Source: Verrucomicrobiales bacterium | GTDB taxonomy: Bacteria > Verrucomicrobiota > Verrucomicrobiia > Limisphaerales > JAQGOV01 | DNA length: 50,180 nucleotides | Reading direction: 5' to 3' | NCBI GenBank assembly: GCA_028293425.1 | Contig: JAQGOV010000298.1 | Coordinates: 1-50,180 of the forward strand | Shown: positions 48,501 to 50,180 of the stretch, one piece after another | Position numbering within the stretch: position 1 is the stretch's first letter | Layout of the letters: each line of letters opens with the position of its first letter | Notes under the pieces: model-generated | Databases searched by the model: none | Seen by the model: only the letters and a program-made list of their open reading frames with translations | Told to the model about the DNA's origin: nothing | Program-made: the position numbers and the translations under genes

Positions 48501-48925
48501 TGCACGCAGGTTTCCAGCTCACCGCTTCGGGTGAAGCCATTGCGATTTTTGCCCCGGACGGCACCCTCCAATCCTCCGTCGTTTTCGGCCAGCAATTCCA
48601 GAACGTCAGCATGGGACTCTTCCCTGAAGGAGTGACCAATGGCGGGTATCGGTATATGACCAACTTTACCCCTCGTGCGGCCAATTCCATCGCTTCCGGG
48701 CCCGCGGCGTTCCCGGTGACGGTTTCCGCAGTGGGAGCGAACCTGACGCTGGTGTGGCCTTCCTTGCCCGGCAGAACCTATCGACTTTTTTACAAACAGG
48801 ACCTTTCCACTCAAACCTGGGTCCAATTGCAACCGGACGTTTCTGCCAGCGGTGCCAATGCCACCGCTCAACTTCCGATCAGTGGAACGACGCAGGGATT
48901 CTATCGAATTCAGTTGCTCCAGTAA
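42581..48925 (+). CDS. Giant secreted lamin-tail-domain / CotH kinase protein
   Basis: Signal peptide. Multiple LTD repeats (VVFNEVMYHP…WLELHN, VINEIHYH, LISEFMADN…WVELYN). DDGAV.YLNG.E beta-sandwiches x2. CotH core (LQGSERGR, DSY…HNF, PWDMD). ATG at 42581. Confidence 0.85.
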   Translation: MKYLFVLLAVSTFLVAPNTRADSTVVFNEVMYHPNATNEASLEWLELHNQMAVDMDISGWSLQGGVQFNFPEGTVIGGGKYLVVAASPATLTAATGVANVVGPFIGQLSNAGALVELRNNNQRLMDSLQYGVEDEWPVAADGAGPSLVKTNRFSGSALASSWRASSQVGGTPGTANFPTTQPTTTKTNLLPISATWRYDQSGTDLGTVWTAPGFNDSAWPSGPGLLAVEDCNCLPEPIRTTLTLGRTTYYFRTAFNYAGDPSSASLQLSHVIDDGAVVYLNGVEIWRIGLAAGPVTYGTFASRLVTDGVYEGPFTVPATSLVQGTNVLAVEVHQNGATSSDITFGLALDESHTVGGMTGSSAAMLPLVLNELESATNSNFWLELFNYGSTNLSLDGFSIVRLGGAYREFALTGASVPPGGFLILPKATLGFGVGTGDKLVLYGPGKTTVLDAVVAKRTGRSRLPNGTGPWLVTTEPSPGASNVVALNNAVVVNEIMYDHTPLTATPAVYTSTNLLVAMTNLWLYNQQGLDLGTGWRQGDYNDAGWLSGRALHYVSTATLPAAKNTPLSVTNASGTRLITWYFRTPFVFTGDVASAELVLRTIIDDGAVFYLNGAEVYRQNMPAGAVAYSTFASAGVATPGLTGPVIVPTTTLVNGTNWLTAEVHQFSTNGLLFSLDVVFGAELSAKSLISPAQPTRESPESWIELYNRSSNAVSLSGWKLRDAINFDFATNQTIAAGGYLVIAKDPAFMQAQYPGLNVLGPFSKSLSHNNDQIRLDDALGNPADAVHYYSAGRWPRLAHAGGSSLELRDPQADNSTAEAWAASDESGKSTWATYTYRGVAAAETAPSPTTWKEFVLGMLDAGEVLLDDISVIDSPSGAATQLIQNGNFENGLTGWRLLGNHKGSIVTDPANPGNHVLRLVATGSTDHMHNHAEITLAGGASIVNGREYEISFRAKWQGGNNALLTRLYFNRLPRVTQLPIPALSGTPGARNSRFVANLGPTYTDFSHTPTVPSPNAAITVSVTPSDPQGVTNVTLFWSANGGTWNTAPMVAQASGAFLGTVPGQTAGTLVQFYVEGADSLGARTTFPADGANSRALFRVNDNAAIFDVLHNLRILMTPADTALLHAPTNVMSNDGLGATIVYNEEQVFYDINLHLQGSERGRNDSSRVGFTFSFQPDNLFRGVHEGMSIDRSGGYSGLGGKHDEILLKHMVMHAGGLPGMYDDLIHVMAPRAQDNSTGLLLLAKYGNVFLDSQYTNGNNGDLFKLELIYSPTTTSDGTPTGYKLPQPDDVVGVDFQDLGSDQESYRWNYLKENNQSGDRWDQMITVAKMFGLPAGSIDAPSRRLIDVNEWCRAFAIESLFGVGDSYGFGLGHNFMLYFRPSDSRALAFPWDMDFSFTQSATAPLLPSANVTKVLSLPANQRLYYSHLYDLINTTYNLTYATRWGNHFSGLLGQTWSGAINYIGARASFVLSQLPTATAFALTSNGGNDFTVTNNLVQLTGTAPIRVEFIEINGIRYPITWTSTTAWSIFVPVDAGTNLLSLQAIDRYDHVLTNVTDTIKVVNNGQVPSPLGYVVINEIHYHATNSGGSFVELHNTHPSVAFDLSNWRLEGVDFTFPEGSLILPGGFFVVASDTNVYSLTYSAAPLPGGQYNGTLQNNGEILKLLRPIATNLNEMIDAVRYSDQAPWPTNADGFGASLQVVDPTQERSRVANWAGAAPTPGATNLVRAALGAFPSLWLNELLVFNTNGVADNFAEREPWIEIFNQGGNVVNLAGLFLSDDPNTPLKWPFPAGSALAPGEFRIIWADGEPGESAGANLHTSFRLTNSSGTIILSRTNAGSVQVLDYVEYFGLTQNRAFGSWPDGQAIDRQIFLYSTPGAPNNPASAPVPVLISEFMADNAAPGGLRDPVDGLYQDWVELYNPNTNAFDLSGYFLSDTLAQPKFQIPLNTVIGAHGFLLVWADNQPEQNGLSPFGDLHAGFQLTASGEAIAIFAPDGTLQSSVVFGQQFQNVSMGLFPEGVTNGGYRYMTNFTPRAANSIASGPAAFPVTVSAVGANLTLVWPSLPGRTYRLFYKQDLSTQTWVQLQPDVSASGANATAQLPISGTTQGFYRIQLLQ

Positions 48926-48954
48926 TTTTCAGGTTCTGCTTGGTCGATCGATTC

Positions 48955-48983
48955 GGGCCGCGCCTCGTTTTGGGGCGCGGTCC
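48955..48983. terminator. Hairpin between convergent genes
   Basis: gggccgcgcctc…ggggcgcggtcc; T tract offset. Confidence 0.45.
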
Positions 48984-49150
48984 TTCGCGCTTTTTGCAGC
49001 GCCCTGCCAAAATCCTCGGAGACGTTTGCAGTCCCGATGAGCGACATTAAAAGCAACCTCCAGAAGGGTGCGGAACCTGCGGTGGCTACAACGAGTGGCT
49101 TTCCGGCCACCTGGCTCGCCAGGAGCGCCACTCCGAGCTGGAAGCCTCGG

Positions 49151-50179
49151 CTACTTCGCCGTCATCACCACGTAATTCCGTTTCCCCTTCCGCAAAAGGA
49201 GGTGCTTGCCGAATAGTAAATCGGCCAACGTTACGTTTCGGAGCGCATTGCCTTCTCGGACGTTGTTGAGGTAGATGCCCCCGCCTTCAATGTCTCTGCG
49301 CGCCTGGCCTTTGCTGGAACACAGCCCGCTCAGCACGAGGACTTCGATCAGGGCCAAACCTTCGCCATCCAATGCCGATTTCTCAAATGCTTTGGAGGGC
49401 ACTTCTCCCACAATGTCATTGAAAGTGGATTCGGAGATGCCTTCAAGGCCGCCGCCGAAAAGAATTTCGCTGGCGCGGATGGCTTCTTGGGTAGCGGCTT
49501 CGCCGTGCATCAGATCGGTGGTGGCTTTGGCCAAAGCTTTGTGAGCGGCGCGGGCTCCAGGATTCTCGGTGTGCTGCTTTTCCAGGGCTGCGATTTCGTC
49601 CTGGCCGAGGAAGGTAAAGTATTTCAGGTATTTAATCACATCACGATCATCGGTGTTAACCCAAAATTGGTAGAAGCGGTAAACGCTGGTTCTCTTCGGA
49701 TCGAGCCAGATGGTTCCCGCCTCAGTCTTGCCGAATTTGGTGCCGTCGGCCTTGGTGACGAGCGGGAGGGTAAGGCCGTAGCCGTATTCGCTCAGCTTTT
49801 TGCGGATAAGATCGATGCCAGCGGTGATGTTGCCCCATTGGTCGCTGCCGCCAATCTGAAGCTCGCAATCGAGTTCTTTGCGGAGGTGATAAAAGTCAAA
49901 AGCCTGCAGAAGCATGTAGCTAAATTCGGTGTAGCTGATGCCAACCTCGCGGTCTTCCATACGCGCGCGGACGGATTCCTTGGCGACCATTTGGTTGACT
50001 GTGAAGTGCTTTCCGATGTCGCGCAGGAATTCGAGAAAGCTGATATGCGCCGTCCAGTCCGCGTTGTCGACCAGCCGGGCGGGATTGCCTTTGGTTTCGA
50101 AATCGAGCAGTCGTGCAAGTTGGGGGCGGATGCCGGCGAGGTTGGTGGCAATCATGTCCTTGGTTTGCAGCTGGCGTTC
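49151..50179 (-). CDS. tyrS: Tyrosine--tRNA ligase (N-terminus outside window)
   Basis: ISYTEFSYMLLQAFDF, QIGGSDQWGNI, KFGKT, S4 domain SKGQARR…GKRNY. Confidence 0.96.
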   Translation of the reverse strand, partial: ERQLQTKDMIATNLAGIRPQLARLLDFETKGNPARLVDNADWTAHISFLEFLRDIGKHFTVNQMVAKESVRARMEDREVGISYTEFSYMLLQAFDFYHLRKELDCELQIGGSDQWGNITAGIDLIRKKLSEYGYGLTLPLVTKADGTKFGKTEAGTIWLDPKRTSVYRFYQFWVNTDDRDVIKYLKYFTFLGQDEIAALEKQHTENPGARAAHKALAKATTDLMHGEAATQEAIRASEILFGGGLEGISESTFNDIVGEVPSKAFEKSALDGEGLALIEVLVLSGLCSSKGQARRDIEGGGIYLNNVREGNALRNVTLADLLFGKHLLLRKGKRNYVVMTAK

Positions 50180-50180
50180 G

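Overview
Bacterial chromosomal DNA of moderately high GC. The gene content (PVC-type heme-binding CxxCH protein, CotH/lamin-tail giant proteins, TIGR04073-like protein, Ig-domain surface proteins) suggests Verrucomicrobiota, Pedosphaera/Limisphaerales-like; this is an inference. Housekeeping blocks are tadA, hom-thrC-(methyltransferase)-lysC, eno, coaD-yceD-rpmF-plsX-fabH, pilT-like, ispE and a partial tyrS. They alternate with accessory genes: FecR plus CHASE2 adenylate cyclase, a choice-of-anchor-Q-like protein, a GH32-methyltransferase fusion, a GT4/GH130 pair, MscS, an esterase, two CotH kinases, a Sel1 protein, REC-PAS and a large Ig/repeat protein. No rRNA, tRNA or CRISPR array was seen. 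Three signals stand out. (1) Three unrelated secreted proteins end in the same ~60-75 aa beta-rich C-terminal module (…[LI]QAT-x-[DS][LV]…W…F[YFL]R[VI]), a candidate uncharacterised protein-sorting signal. (2) A 281-nt internally deleted group II intron (5871-6151) keeps both ends, DV/DVI and a stub of the maturase, and is inserted in a short periodic repeat. (3) An in-frame fusion joins a secreted GH32 fructanase to a class I SAM methyltransferase. All family calls come from motif recognition by eye, not database searches.
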